From the NCBI RefSeq assembly GCF_001194135.2, contig NC_068998.1:14543621-14607620 (forward strand): 64,000 nucleotides of DNA, read 5' to 3'. The notes under the pieces were generated by a model. The model did no database searches. It was not told where the DNA came from and saw only the letters and a program-made list of their open reading frames with translations. Both the position numbers and the translations under genes were made by a program. Shown here in pieces: positions 48,901 to 61,382 of this stretch (its first letter is position 1; every line of letters starts with the position of its first letter). Origin of the DNA: Octopus bimaculoides (Eukaryota).

Positions 48901-51900
48901 AGACTTATTACAAATAACAACTCAGTGTTATTTAGATGACATTCTACCATTTTAATAAAAGGATGTACAGATTAGGCAAGGGAACTTTTCTCCCGTCCGA
49001 CAGTACTCGATTCTTCGCACAACTGAATTGCTCAATCGCTTAACATGTAAGAAGCTGAGTATTCCACAATCACGGGTATTATTCGGATGGTTATTGTTGC
49101 GATGAGAGTCACGACGCTCCCTTGCGAGAAACAGACTGGACCAAGTGATGATAAATAGTAGCAGTCGGAGTGAAATTTGTGTGTTAGTTCGAGCTGAGTT
49201 GGCAGTGAAGTCGGAAGGTGTCGGTTGGTTAGTTCGTTGGGAATATTAATTGTTGGTTCGTGAAGAGATTGTTGGATCGTTACGTTGATATTACGGCTGC
49301 ATCATTATCATGTTTACTGTTACTATACTGGTACAGTGTATCTAAACCATCCGTCACAATATCGTGGCGGTACCACGGCATTTGGAGACGGAGTATACAG
49401 CAATTATCAAAACAGAATGTGCCTGATACCATTTTTGGCAGAGCTGGATGCTTAAATTCAAGTTACAATTTATCCAACTAAATTTCACATATTTTCCATT
49501 TGCCCAGTTCTTTCATATTGCATAGCTTAAGCCGCGGCTATTGTAAATGAAGCGTATGCAAGATGCAGTAAGATCGTACTTAGGATGTCATGACTGCGAA
49601 ACGAACTTTTAACTATGCTGCTTTAAGACATATATTAACGTAGTCATAAATATACTGTGTCAAGTAAAAAAAGTAAAAAATAAAAATAAAGAAAATTATA
49701 AAACGCTGGAAGACTATGATAGGAAAGGTTTTGATTCTATGAGATGAGTTAGATGTAAGCAACAACATCATCAACAACAAAACCAACAACTACTACAATT
49801 ATAATATATGAACATGTGAATTAGTAGTGGTGTAAACTGAGACTTTTGCTTTGGTTGTTGCGGTTGTAGTTGCCATGTTAGCATCAATTACCCTAGAGTC
49901 GACCAAGTCATCCATTAGCTAACTTCAAATCATTACGGTTCCACTAATCGTTTAACGATATGATCTTTTACAAGGTCACTTTGAAGTATTTTTTTTATTA
50001 TGGTTCACTTGATAATTGGAACGTCTTCGAATCATTTACAACGACACAGGCCAAGGACAGCGAACAAACTTGGATGATATTTTTTTTGCTTCATATTCTT
50101 TTTATGATAATAATTATTTTTAGTTACATATCAAAACTTCATCAAAACTTTCGAATATTAAGATTTCGAATAATAATTCAAAGCAGAAATATTTCTTCAC
50201 TAACATTTATTTAGAACTTGTAAAACAGTTAGAGAGTATCGACATCGTTATAATTTCAAAGAACCCTCACAATTAATCTCAGATTCATATCGTCCATTAT
50301 CTCATGAACATTTCTGTGGCACAAATACTTTTTTCATGTGTAGAGGAAGGATGTTACCTCAATACCTTTACCTAGTTAGGGACAGAATTTCGTGTCTATA
50401 AATTGATGCTAAGAACCCATAATTTCTATCTCGCTCAAAGGAATGGATTTTTCTTCACCTCAAAGACATGGCTATTTTGAGTTGTTCTTGTGATGATATT
50501 TCAAAGACCTCTCTCCATTTTAAAGAGATATGGTTAAATAATTTTTTCTTTCATGTCTTCTCTGTTTCGTTGTCAAACAGAAAGAAACCGTCCTTTTTTT
50601 ACGAGTCCCTTCTATATTGACTCTTCTAATGAAGTTTATATTCAAATATTCCATATAGTTTAATATACTAGCACTCGTGCTAGACATTGGAAATATTTTC
50701 GTTTAGCCAAAAGGAATAATGTCTTAGTGTTGTTGCTATTGATGCCGACATTTCGACTCGTGGTCGGCAAGTTGGTGTTTTATAAGAATTCGAATCTTAT
50801 TGCTTACTTTTAGTACATGTTTAGAATTAAAGATATAAGACACAATTTAAAAAAGATTCCCAACAATTCAACTTATCTGGTTGACTTTAAGACCCCCACC
50901 CCTTAAGAGGGGCCTTAATTCCCACATTTTAGAGCGCCATGTGCTCCATTTTTCAGGAGTAATAAACCTTTCAATTGGTTTTATAAGATTTGGATTTTGG
51001 AATCCAAATATGAGTAGTATGGCATAAATATGTCATAATTAGAAATTTTGTTAGAGTGTAAACAGTGAAATAACCGCCATTAAAATTATTATCTCCAATT
51101 CTGATGAAATTCGCTTCATAGGTATTCCAGTTCATTAGAGAAAATATAAAAGAAAAGTCTAATTCTTCAACTCTATGTGACACGGGCAACGCCGAGTATC
51201 TCAGCTAAGATACATATATGTATANNNNNNNNNNNNNNNNNNNNNNNNNNNNNNNNNNNNNNNNNNNNNNNNNNNNNNNNNNNNNNNATATATATAGTGC
51301 CTTTAACGCTTGGTATATTGCTAGTTACAAACTAATGCTTTAAGCGATAGTATTAAAAGCAGTTTTGATAATCCGATCTTCATAATTCATGTGTCATGAG
51401 TTTCAGAAAGGATTTTTGTCAAACGGTAGGTAATGCAATATTTAGCGAGCAAAAGGTTGTCCAATATTCTGATATCGGAATTGGACTGATTCTTGGAAAT
51501 CAATATCTTTCGTGTACTCTGTGAATTGGTTCTTTTGTATAGCTCCGAGCCATAGACATACAGAAAAAAATCTCTATAGGCTGTATCTTTTCTTATGTCT
51601 GTAGCCTAAAGAAACATTTAACTCTATCGAGGAAAAAAGCTGCCAGAAATAAAATACATACAGAAGATCATAGCAAACCACACGGAAAAAAGGTTAAATT
51701 CTTTCCGAAGTTCAAAACACAAACTTTTCCATGTGATGCTAAACCATCATGCACTCATTTTTGTACCATTTTGTTAAAAGTATTTTTACTTTGTGCAAAC
51801 ATTTTCTGAAAATAACACGACACAGAGAAAGTATAGATAGAAAAACATTAAATGTTTGAAATGAACTTTCTTTACATGAAGAGAAAACTCTGATTAAATC

Positions 51901-52139
51901 AATCTATGAAGTTAATATCATATTCTGTGTTCCCAACGTACCTGGTTCACAAGACTAACTAGTTATTTCTTGAGGACATGAATAATATTGCTAGAAAAAT
52001 TGAAAGCAAAAAAAAAAAGAAAATATTTCGATATCTTACAAGCAGAAGCACGGATTATAGAGTTCATATTCAGTAAAATTATATAATACTAAATTAATAA
52101 TAATAACATCCAGAATTCTTTATCGGCGACAAGAATACA

Positions 52140-52400
52140 TACAGCATGAAACCTAATTTTGGATACCCTCAAGGGACGTATCCATCCACATACTTCGGCC
52201 TTCTATAGGGTCAATGGCCTGGCTATCTCAAGCTATTTGAATGGCTACGCCATGGACAGGTTGAGAAAGGACTTGATAAAAATATTCAAAGATTTCAGCC
52301 TGTTCATAACGTTTACGACCAACCTGACAACGGGCGATTTGTTGCCTGAGCACAGGCATATAGTGTAAGTGGTGTAAGCCAAGAAAATCTGGCAAGTATT
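52140..52400 (+). mobile_element. Penelope-like reverse transcriptase fragment
   Basis: FYRVNGLAISSYLNGYAMDRLRKDLIKIFKDFSLFITFTTNL resembles the PLE YRDDGL..DR.RK.LI..F region with a decayed catalytic motif. Confidence 0.75.
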
Positions 52401-54390
52401 CGCTAGAGTAATCTTGAAATTCATAAGAGCTAAAATTGCTTCACCATACTCAAGACAAGTTCCCATATTCAAGACTAGAAAATGCGTTAGCATCGAAACG
52501 TTGCTAAAACTCGGTAATTTTTGCAATAGAAGAATAAGTTTATCACATTTGAAGCGTTTTTGTTGCTACAAATATGTTATTTTAGATTGTATCGAAAACG
52601 AACACTCCGACTTCTCGTAAAGAACCACTCACCAAAGCACTTAGCCACTAACGCACAGATACGCAGCCTCTTCACTCAAACTTTCATACTCGTCAGATTT
52701 AGAAGTGAAATTCCAGATCTATGTAAACCTGAGATTAAGGAAATATTTGCATCGATCTAAGAAGTTAATCTCAGCTCTAAAAAAGACTACCATAATTCAT
52801 GAATTGAAGAAATATCCCATAGTGGATTGACTTTATATTACTCTAGTTTTTTTATTCATCTGCTCAAGTTACAGATTTTACTATTTTTATCACTTAGCCA
52901 GAGGAGGAAAGAAAAATCCATACTATTTTAGGGTCTCCAAATTTGGCATGAGGAATGCAAGAAAGTGCCTTCAAACAAGAGATTTGTTACAAAACGGAAG
53001 AATTCTCTAGAACCATTCCTGTTCTAGTTAGAAGGGTGTTTCATCAAGCGACGGATTAGATGTGGTCAGGCATGAGTGCAACGGACTTTAGTAAGTCGGA
53101 AAATTCCCAAAGTACACCGTGTGATGGCATGTCATCACTTCTACGACTCCATTAACATTTAAAGGCTCAATGCGAAAGAAAAGACAAAGGTCAGAAGGGT
53201 CCTCAGTGTGTCGTTTTACGTAATTGTAAAAAAAATCGCATCTTCTTACTAGAGTTAGCGTGTTACCTATTACCTTACCTGAACCTTCTCACCGTATTGC
53301 CATTTATATTGTATCTCACATCTACCCCATCGCCCCACAGACAACTAACCACTTTGTAAACTTCTATCTTCGCCAAATGGATTCCTTCTTTGATTCACCT
53401 CTCTATAATAATGTGGTAGTCGTCGACGTAGGTATCTGATCAACAGCCAAAGGTCACAGAAAACGTCTGAAAATAAAGCAATATACAACATCTTCCAACA
53501 AAACTAAAAGTATCGTTAAGCAAATTCGATTCTCTTTTCTTAATTGGGTAAAATAGAACAAACACAGGGTTTAGAAAAATATGTGAACATACAACTCAAT
53601 CAGTTAAACTACAGAAATTAGATAACATCGACATAGGTGGCTTCTAAACCCTGTGTCCCAAGAGATAGAGCTGAAGAACGTGAGAAAATGGAAGAAAACA
53701 TGTTTCAAGATAATGTTGAGTTTTTAAATCATATTTTTTGTCCAATTGTTTTTTTGTTTTTTTTAGCAATTTTGCTTTAATACAATTCTTTGTTATTTTC
53801 TTCATTTATTCTTTCATTCTCTCCGTCTTTCTTTATTTCTGTGTTTGAAATTGTTTCCAATCTCCTGCCAATTTTGCAGTATTCTCTGCAATGTTTTTCT
53901 ATGCGCCGCTTCATTTTTTTTCTTATTTCTTTTCTCTGCACTAGATTGACTGACTATTTCCTCTCCTTTTTTTATAGCTTAGATGTTTTTTTTTTCAATT
54001 CAAATCTGTGGGTGAGACGATTATAATTTTCTTGCATCAGTACGATATTTCATGAAGCGGAAATAGATGACAGATATGAATTGACGTCTTGAAATATTTT
54101 CCAAATGCAAGTGTGTGCTGTGACGTTCATACATTAATCAAGAGTATTAGAGGCGTGACTGAAAAAGAAATGGCTTTCGAAAAATAGATCTAAAATGTGC
54201 AATGTCAACTTCCCTCCGAATTTAACCGTATCTCACATGGTACTTGACAGAGCTTGAACAATTTCGGGGCAATTCATAGTAAGAATATTTACAGCGTGAT
54301 GTATTATTTGAAGTATTAATGTTAGTAGTACACTGCTTTTCTTTTCTCTGGACTCAATGTGATGAAATGCAAATCAGTACTCTTCAAAAC

Positions 54391-54565
54391 TCAGTTCTAT
54401 ATTTATGAGATAAGGAATTATTTACATTATTTACATTTGACGGATATTTGTCCTCATCTTGTTTGTTGTTAACACAACGTTTCAACTGATATGCCCTCCA
54501 ACCTTCATCAGGTGTCTTGGAGAAATTTCGAAACTAGGTTCTCATTCTTAAGGTTTTTTTCGATG
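54391..54565 (-). mobile_element. PLE-type terminal repeat, family P3
   Basis: Matches both arms of 45384-45656 and additionally retains the CTGATGA core. Confidence 0.8.
54471..54516 (-). ncRNA. minimal type-I hammerhead ribozyme motif
   Basis: Minus strand GACAC-CTGATGA-A-GGTTG-GAGGGCATAT-CAGTT-GAAAC-GTT-GTGTT; stem I GACAC/GTGTT, palindromic AACGTT, GUU triplet; stem II has three G-U pairs here. Confidence 0.7.
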
Positions 54566-55028
54566 TTGTTGTTGTTATTATTATTATTATCATCATCATC
54601 ATCATTATTATTANNNNNNNNNNGACACATATCTATATACATATATATACACACATATACCATTATCTATATGTGTGTGTGTGTGTGTTTGTCTACCATC
54701 GTAATTTGAGAACCGGTATCGGTGTGTTTACGTCCTCGTAACTTAGAGGTTTAAGAAAAGGGGTCAATAGTGTATTCGAACTCGTAATAAAGACATTCAC
54801 TGTGTTTTGTTATGGAGAAAATTTCATGTTGTAGAAAATTGTGTCATTATTTCTAAAATCAGCTCGCAGTGCCACCTACCCAGACTGTGAGATTCAGCCG
54901 TTTTGTTAACGTTGGGCGGACGATCATACATTCCCATCCTGAATTTCTGGGCCAGGAGCCGCGTTATGTCATTTCCCTTGCTATAGTTTGCTAAACGGAA
55001 AAGGAGTGTCGGCCAAGCGTTAGCACAG

Positions 55029-55074
<46 letters not shown>

Positions 55075-55321
55075 CTTCATCTTTCTCACTTTTTCCTCCA
55101 TCTCTCTCTCTCTCTCTTTCTAGATTTGTCACTTAGTCCAAAAGTGTGCTAGAGGGATTCTTAATAGCCATTAATAGCCGATGAGAATGCACCATAGCTC
55201 TTAGCTCCGGCATTTGAAACTCTGAGTACTATTATGACAACTTATTGATTGTCCTAAACTATACATATATAAATATCCTCTATTTACCTAATATCGAAAT
55301 CTCATTCTTTTGTTATCACTT

Positions 55322-55340
55322 TTTATTATTATTATTATTA

Positions 55341-55384
<44 letters not shown>

Positions 55385-55703
55385 GAGTGAGAGAGCAGCG
55401 CATGCCATTCAAATGACACTAGGGTGCAAATATACGAAGCCCAATATACCCATCATGACTACCTGTCTGATAAGGGTACACCAGGCACATGCATCACAAC
55501 GAAACGTGCCTGACATAGTGGTCTCATATCAAGATAAACAACGCACGACCTTACTGGTGGGGCCCAGTTAAAATTTTCTTCAGGTCGAGTAACTCAAAAA
55601 ATCCCTAAATAAGGGTTGGTTAAGGATGATGAACAAAACACCCATTTTTTCCAGAGTTGAATTATTCAAACCCAAAGAATTCCTCTCAACACATGGCTAT
55701 GAT
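55322..55703 (-). mobile_element. family D retroposon 3' end with (AAT)n tail
   Basis: Reverse complement of 15075-15425. Confidence 0.8.
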
Positions 55704-55739
55704 GTTGACTGAAATATTGTGGAGGGAGAAACGTCATGG

Positions 55740-57240
55740 GCAGTAATGAAATATCTTCAGCACAATCTTTTAGATTTCTCTGAGATATGGTTATCCTGGG
55801 ATCTTATCTAGGTGTTTCTGACATCCCTTATTCTATCAAACTTAGGACACCTACTATAACAGGAACAATTCTCACTTTAAGGTTGTCACTTTAAAGTGCC
55901 ACATCTTTTGTATTTCAATTTCCAGGTCCTTATATTTACTTAATTTATCAAATTCCTTTACAGATATATTTTTATCAGTGGAAATGCTAACATCTATTAG
56001 TCTACACATGTTTTCTTTCCTGTCTTTTATAATTATGTCCGGATGATTAGCCTGGATCGTTCTGTCATTGTTGACTGGAACTTCCCAGAGGATAGTGATA
56101 CTTTTACCTTCAACGACTAGCTCGGGGTGATATTTATATCGCTTTCGTGTTTGCACACACACCGCAGCGTCCAGTTCTCTGCACTGGATAAGTACCTGTT
56201 CATTGCCATTGTGGAGATATAGCACAGTTCTAACTGCACCATTCCTCTTCCTCTATTACTTCTAGGTAGGTACAGACGATCAACGACTGCTTTTGGGTGG
56301 TACATGTACTTAGATGTTAGCAGTTTTCTTGTTTTCCTGGCCAGGCGTTGGAGTCCTGTAAGATTTTACTTAATGATGTTAAAACTATATTGAGCTATTG
56401 AAGGTGCCATGATCTTAATGGCTTCGATGCGATTTTTCGAGGTGGGTTCAGTTTTTGGAATGAGTCCTACTCTCGTTTCTTATTTTTTCCTTCGTAGTAG
56501 CATTATGAACCTGGTGGTATCATATCATTGTGAAGGCATGATTTTTGTCTCAAGTCTTTCAATATAACGTCTGGCCTATTCAGATCTATCTTTCAGTCAG
56601 CTCTGGAGGTGGTTTGTGTTCCCACCAGTTTTTTATCATGTGGCAGGTCCAGGGTTTTGCAAATTACTCAACGAATATATTGTGCTGCTCTATCATGCCT
56701 GTTGAGATACTCTGTAGGCGCAGGAAGACTGCCCATGGAGAAAACATGATCAATGGTTACAACAGGATCAATAGCAGTTCCTTGTAGGTAGGCATTGATC
56801 TTCGGTTGCTATGATAAACCCTTCTGTTTCTGATTTTAAGCTATAAGACATTAACCATTGATGGGTAAGGGCTTTGTCAACATCGGCGTTAATAGACATT
56901 TTGTAATCGTACTGTACACCGTTGAGCAATTTCGAGAGAGGTATTAACGCTAGACAAAATACTCTTTGGGTATTTGCCATTGAGAGGTTTTTCTTGTTAT
57001 TTATCTGTAAGAATGTGTAAGGCAACAGTTTTAGCACGGGTTAATATACGCTTAGCTTTGTCTGTGCTTGTTTCCAGTCAGTACGTCTAATTCTGGAATT
57101 TGTTGCATTCGGAATTCACTTCTTTTGCTTGTTTTGTTACTGAGTATGATGCTCTATTGTTTTCATGCTTTGACACAAGTTTTAACATCCAGTCCTCAGA
57201 GTTTGTCAGGTAGGTGTTTAGACCAATTGTGGCAATCTTC
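55740..57240 (-). mobile_element. rearranged R4/Dong-like RLE LINE remnant
   Basis: Contains linker (EKPLNGKYP, LKSETEGFIIA), zinc-knuckle region (DHV..EYLNRHD), thumb (YHPKAVVDRLYLPRS.RGRG) and RLE (HPDIIIKD..LIDVS..KLSKYKDLEIEI) in non-collinear order. Confidence 0.88.
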
Positions 57241-57304
57241 ATTGTTGTTGCTGTTGTTGTTGTTGTTATTATTATTATTATTATTATTATTTTTATTAAT
57301 AATG

Positions 57305-57369
<65 letters not shown>

Positions 57370-57400
57370 GATGATGATGATGATGATGATGATTATTATA
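57240..57400. repeat. (GTT)n(ATT)n(AAT)n(GAT)n compound trinucleotide repeat
   Basis: Direct reading. Confidence 0.95.
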
Positions 57401-57744
57401 ATTATATCAATGATATTTTACATATAATTATCATCAGCGGCTATAATTACTCTTATTGTTACTGTTTAGGATAGCTAGTTATTTTCTTATCGAAGAGGTT
57501 GAACTTGTGATGCTTTTTAAGTTATTATTCGTTTTATTTGTATGGAAAGTTTTACATTCATATTTTTTCTCAATTAGAAAAAAAAAATGAAAAGAAGAAC
57601 GAGAAAAGTTTTCGTTGCTTTTAGCAACTTGTAATCTAACATGGAAGGAGTGAAACGGAATTTTAATGCAAGCAAGAAATAATTGGATATTTCATTGAAA
57701 TAGCTCATGTACTTAGCGTTCTAGATGCATGCATACATATACTC

Positions 57745-57912
<168 letters not shown>

Positions 57913-58794
57913 ATATCTGTATATCTACACGCACACACACACACACACACGCAAACACACACATACGTACACACACACACATATGCGGATAATATTTATA
58001 CACAAAAGTTAGCTCCAGTATTTGGTAATACGTGAACATGAGCAAAGAAATATCTTGAAAGTTGTTTGGAAACCAATCCTTATTGTATTGCAGTGGAAAG
58101 AGATATTGATTTTTGTCTCAAAAATGTATAGTAGATAGAACGAACGCCTGTAAACATTAGTGTCTCCTCTAAGAAACCCGGATGAGTGGAAAAATCGACA
58201 CTGGTTTAAATAAACAACTTTTCGTTTCACTAACACGTGCTCCTCTTAAAATAAATGCAGGACCCTTCCTGGTAAACAAGAAAGGTTCTCATATTCTGAG
58301 ATATGGGGAAATGAGTCTGGTGAAAGTAACTCACTCACATCCCAACAAACGAAGGAAGATGGGGCCTTTCAGATCCTTAACTGCTCATTTGACAGAAGAA
58401 ATCCTGCATTTTCATATGTACTGTGCTCGTGCCGCTTGTTGCGCCATACCAATACAGGTTAGAAGGACAAGAAAAGGCGACTGGCTCTAAACAGACCATG
58501 TTCACTATCATAATTTTCATTGTGCAAGATGTACATGAAACCGAAATGCACGTAGTAACACCATCACACCCAAAGAACACTATACAACGTTATCTTCCTG
58601 ATCACATATCCTTCGAAATGATAAGAAAGTAAACACTGTCGAGGAAATGGAAGTCTTTTTTTAGATTTATGTCTTTCTTATTGGCGTAGAGAAGTAAAAC
58701 ACGTTCGTGCAAACATTAGAACGTGACTATAGATTCTGCCATACTGGAGAGTTCCTTTAATTTACAATTTCTTAGTGTTTTATCTAGAAGATTA

Positions 58795-59215
58795 AAGCGG
58801 ATTGCAGCCAGAATCATTAACAGACCTGAGAAAATGGTTAGTGGCATTTCGACCGTTCTTATGTGCAGGGTGCAAAATCCAGAGCGGTCGACATTGCCTT
58901 TCATTATTTCAGGGTCGATAAGGCGGCGAGCTGGCAGAATCGCTAATCGCCCTCCGCTACGTTCTGAGTTCAAATTCCGCCGAGGTTGATTTTGCCTTTC
59001 ATCCTTTCGGGGTCGATTAAATGAGTACTAGTTAAATACTGGGGTCGATGTAATTCACTAATCCTCTCCCACAAATTTCAGGTTTGTGCTTACAGCAGAA
59101 TGGATTATTTCAGGGTCGATGATATAAAAAGAAACTGTTTGAATATGGGGGTTGATGTAATGGAATAGAACCTTGCCCCAAAATGTCAGGATTTGTGCCT
59201 ATCGTAGAAAGGATG
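58795..59215 (+). mobile_element. young SINE A (58920-59103) nested in an older SINE A with a 17-bp target-site duplication
   Basis: ATTATTTCAGGGTCGAT at 58903-58919 and 59104-59120. Confidence 0.85.
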
Positions 59216-59606
59216 ATCGAGAAGACAAATTAGTAGGGTCATTAGAAGGGATAGTGTGCTTTGCGATATTTGTGTTCGGCATGTAGGTATTTCTACGGAA
59301 GATTACCATCGAAAAGCTCCTTGACTACTTGTGCTACTTTTGTGTTATGGGCATAGCTAGTAAGTGTAGCTATCTGTGTAATTAATAGCATGCCCGAAAG
59401 AACTACCATAAACAGCAACAGTCCGAAAACAGAGACCTGAAGCACTCCACACGCTGTTCCTGTCTCCTTTCAGATTGCCTCACTGGCAGTCAGAGCCTGG
59501 CTTCTGTCTTTACAGAAGATATGCAGCCCAGTACATCACCTTTCCAACAGCACTGTGTCCCTGGAGCTTGTAACCTATCAAATACAAACAAATACACGCA
59601 CACACG

Positions 59607-59653
<47 letters not shown>

Positions 59654-60854
59654 CCACACCCCCGCACACATGTTCATGACAGTTTGTTTTCTTTTCTTAA
59701 CTATACCTTTAANNNNNNNNNNNNNNNNNNNNNNNNNNNNNNNNNNNNNNNNNNNNNNNNNNNNNNNNNNNNNNNNNNNNNNNNNNNNNNNNNNNNNNNN
59801 NNNNNNNNNNNNNNNNNNNNNNNNNNNNNNNNNNNNNNNNNNNNNNNNNNNNNNNNNNNNNNNNNNNNNNNNNNNNNNNNNNNNNNNNNNNNNNNNNNNN
59901 NNNNNNNNNNNNNNNNNNNNNNNNNNNNNNNNNNNNNNNNNNNNNNNNNNNNNNNNNNNNNNNNNNNNNNNNNNNNNNNNNNNNNNNNNNNNNNNNNNNN
60001 NNNNNNNNNNNNNNNNNNNNNNNNNNNNNNNNNNNNNNNNNNNNNNNNNNNNNNNNNNNNNNNNNNNNNNNNNNNNNNNNNNNNNNNNNNNNNNNNNNNN
60101 NNNNNNNNNNNNNNNNNNNNNNNNNNNNNNNNNNNNNNNNNNNNNNNNNNNNNNNNNNNNNNNNNNNNNNNNNNNNNNNNNNNNNNNNNNNNNNNNNNNN
60201 NNNNNNNNNNNNNNNNNNNNNNNNNNNNNNNNNNNNNNNNNNNNNNNNNNNNNNNNNNNNNNNNNNNNNNNNNNNNNNNNNNNNNNNNNNNNNNNNNNNN
60301 NNNNNNNNNNNNNNNNNNNNNNNNNNNNNNNNNNNNNNNNNNNNNNNNNNNNNNNNNNNNNNNNNNNNNNNNNNNNNNNNNNNNNNNNNNNNNNNNNNNN
60401 NNNNNNNNNNNNNNNNNNNNNNNNNNNNNNNNNNNNNNNNNNNNNNNNNNNNNNNNNNNNNNNNNNNNNNNNNNNNNNNNNNNNNNNNNNNNNNNNNNNN
60501 NNNNNNNNNNNNNNNNNNNNNNNNNNNNNNNNNNNNNNNNNNNNNNNNNNNNNNNNNNNNNNNNNNNNNNNNNNNNNNNNNNNNNNNNNNNNNNNNNNNN
60601 NNNCAATGACAGAAGAAAGTAAAATAATGAAAGAGTAATCTTGATAACCTGCGCTACACATCATTCTAAATGCATATCGATTTCACTGACGAAGTTAATT
60701 TAGGTGAAAGAATGTCAAACTTAATTTAAATGATATCGATTTTTGTGTGTTTTTTTTTTTACTAGTTTCTTTATTTCTGAAATAATGAAAAGCAAAGTTA
60801 ATCATTACATATAATCGTTGAAACGTCGGCAAAATTCCCCCTGTAGTAATTATT

Positions 60855-61005
60855 GCGGTTCTATTGAGCTTGAGTTCAAATTCCTCCAAGGTCAAATTTG
60901 TCTTTCATCCATTCGGAGTCGATAAAATAAATTCCAATTGAGGCCTGAGGTCGAACTATTCGACTTGTCCCATCCCATCGAAATTGTTGGTCTTGGGCCA
61001 TGCCT
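60855..61005 (+). mobile_element. SINE family A 3' portion
   Basis: GAGTTCAAATTCC..TTTCATCCATTCGGAGTCGATAAAATAA..AAATTGTTGGTCTTG. Confidence 0.7.
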
Positions 61006-61189
61006 TATTCGATTATTGCTGGCCTTGGGCCTGGCCTTATTCTAAATTGTATGAAGACGAGACTGAAAAGAGAGAAGACAGTCATATTCTTCGACCAAAT
61101 TCTCATGAACTTTTTAAAACTCTATTTGAAATGGAGGAAAGTCAGAGTTGAAAAGAAGAAGCTCCAGCCCCTCCCTCAGTAAATAATTC

Positions 61190-61382
61190 AGCTCTGGATG
61201 GGCTACTCAACCCGAGGAAAGTTTTAACTGCGCCCCACATGCGAGATCATGCGCTGTTTATCTTGATATGATATTACCATGTCGCATCACATGGTTGTGA
61301 TGCATGTGCTTGGTGTAGCCTTATCAGATGGGTAGTCATAATGAGTTTACCTCAGTGTCACTTTAATGGTATGCACTGCTTA
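61190..61382 (+). mobile_element. family D fragment
   Basis: GATGGGCTACTC..GCCCCACATGCG..TGGTTGTGATGCATG..CAGTGTCACTTTAATGGTATGCACTGCT. Confidence 0.75.

Noticed and set aside
55704-55745. Family D as the 3' UTR of the adjacent R4-like element
   Set aside because: The related copy at 32330 has a different sequence after the RLE and the 15046 copy of D has a different upstream sequence; more likely separate insertions.
58200-58630. Overlapping ORFs resembling a decayed transposase
   Set aside because: No DDE/D motif or TIRs could be identified.
60678-60722. CTGACGA...GAAAG; similar hits at 19000, 30463 and 52687
   Set aside because: Stems I-III cannot be formed; chance core matches.
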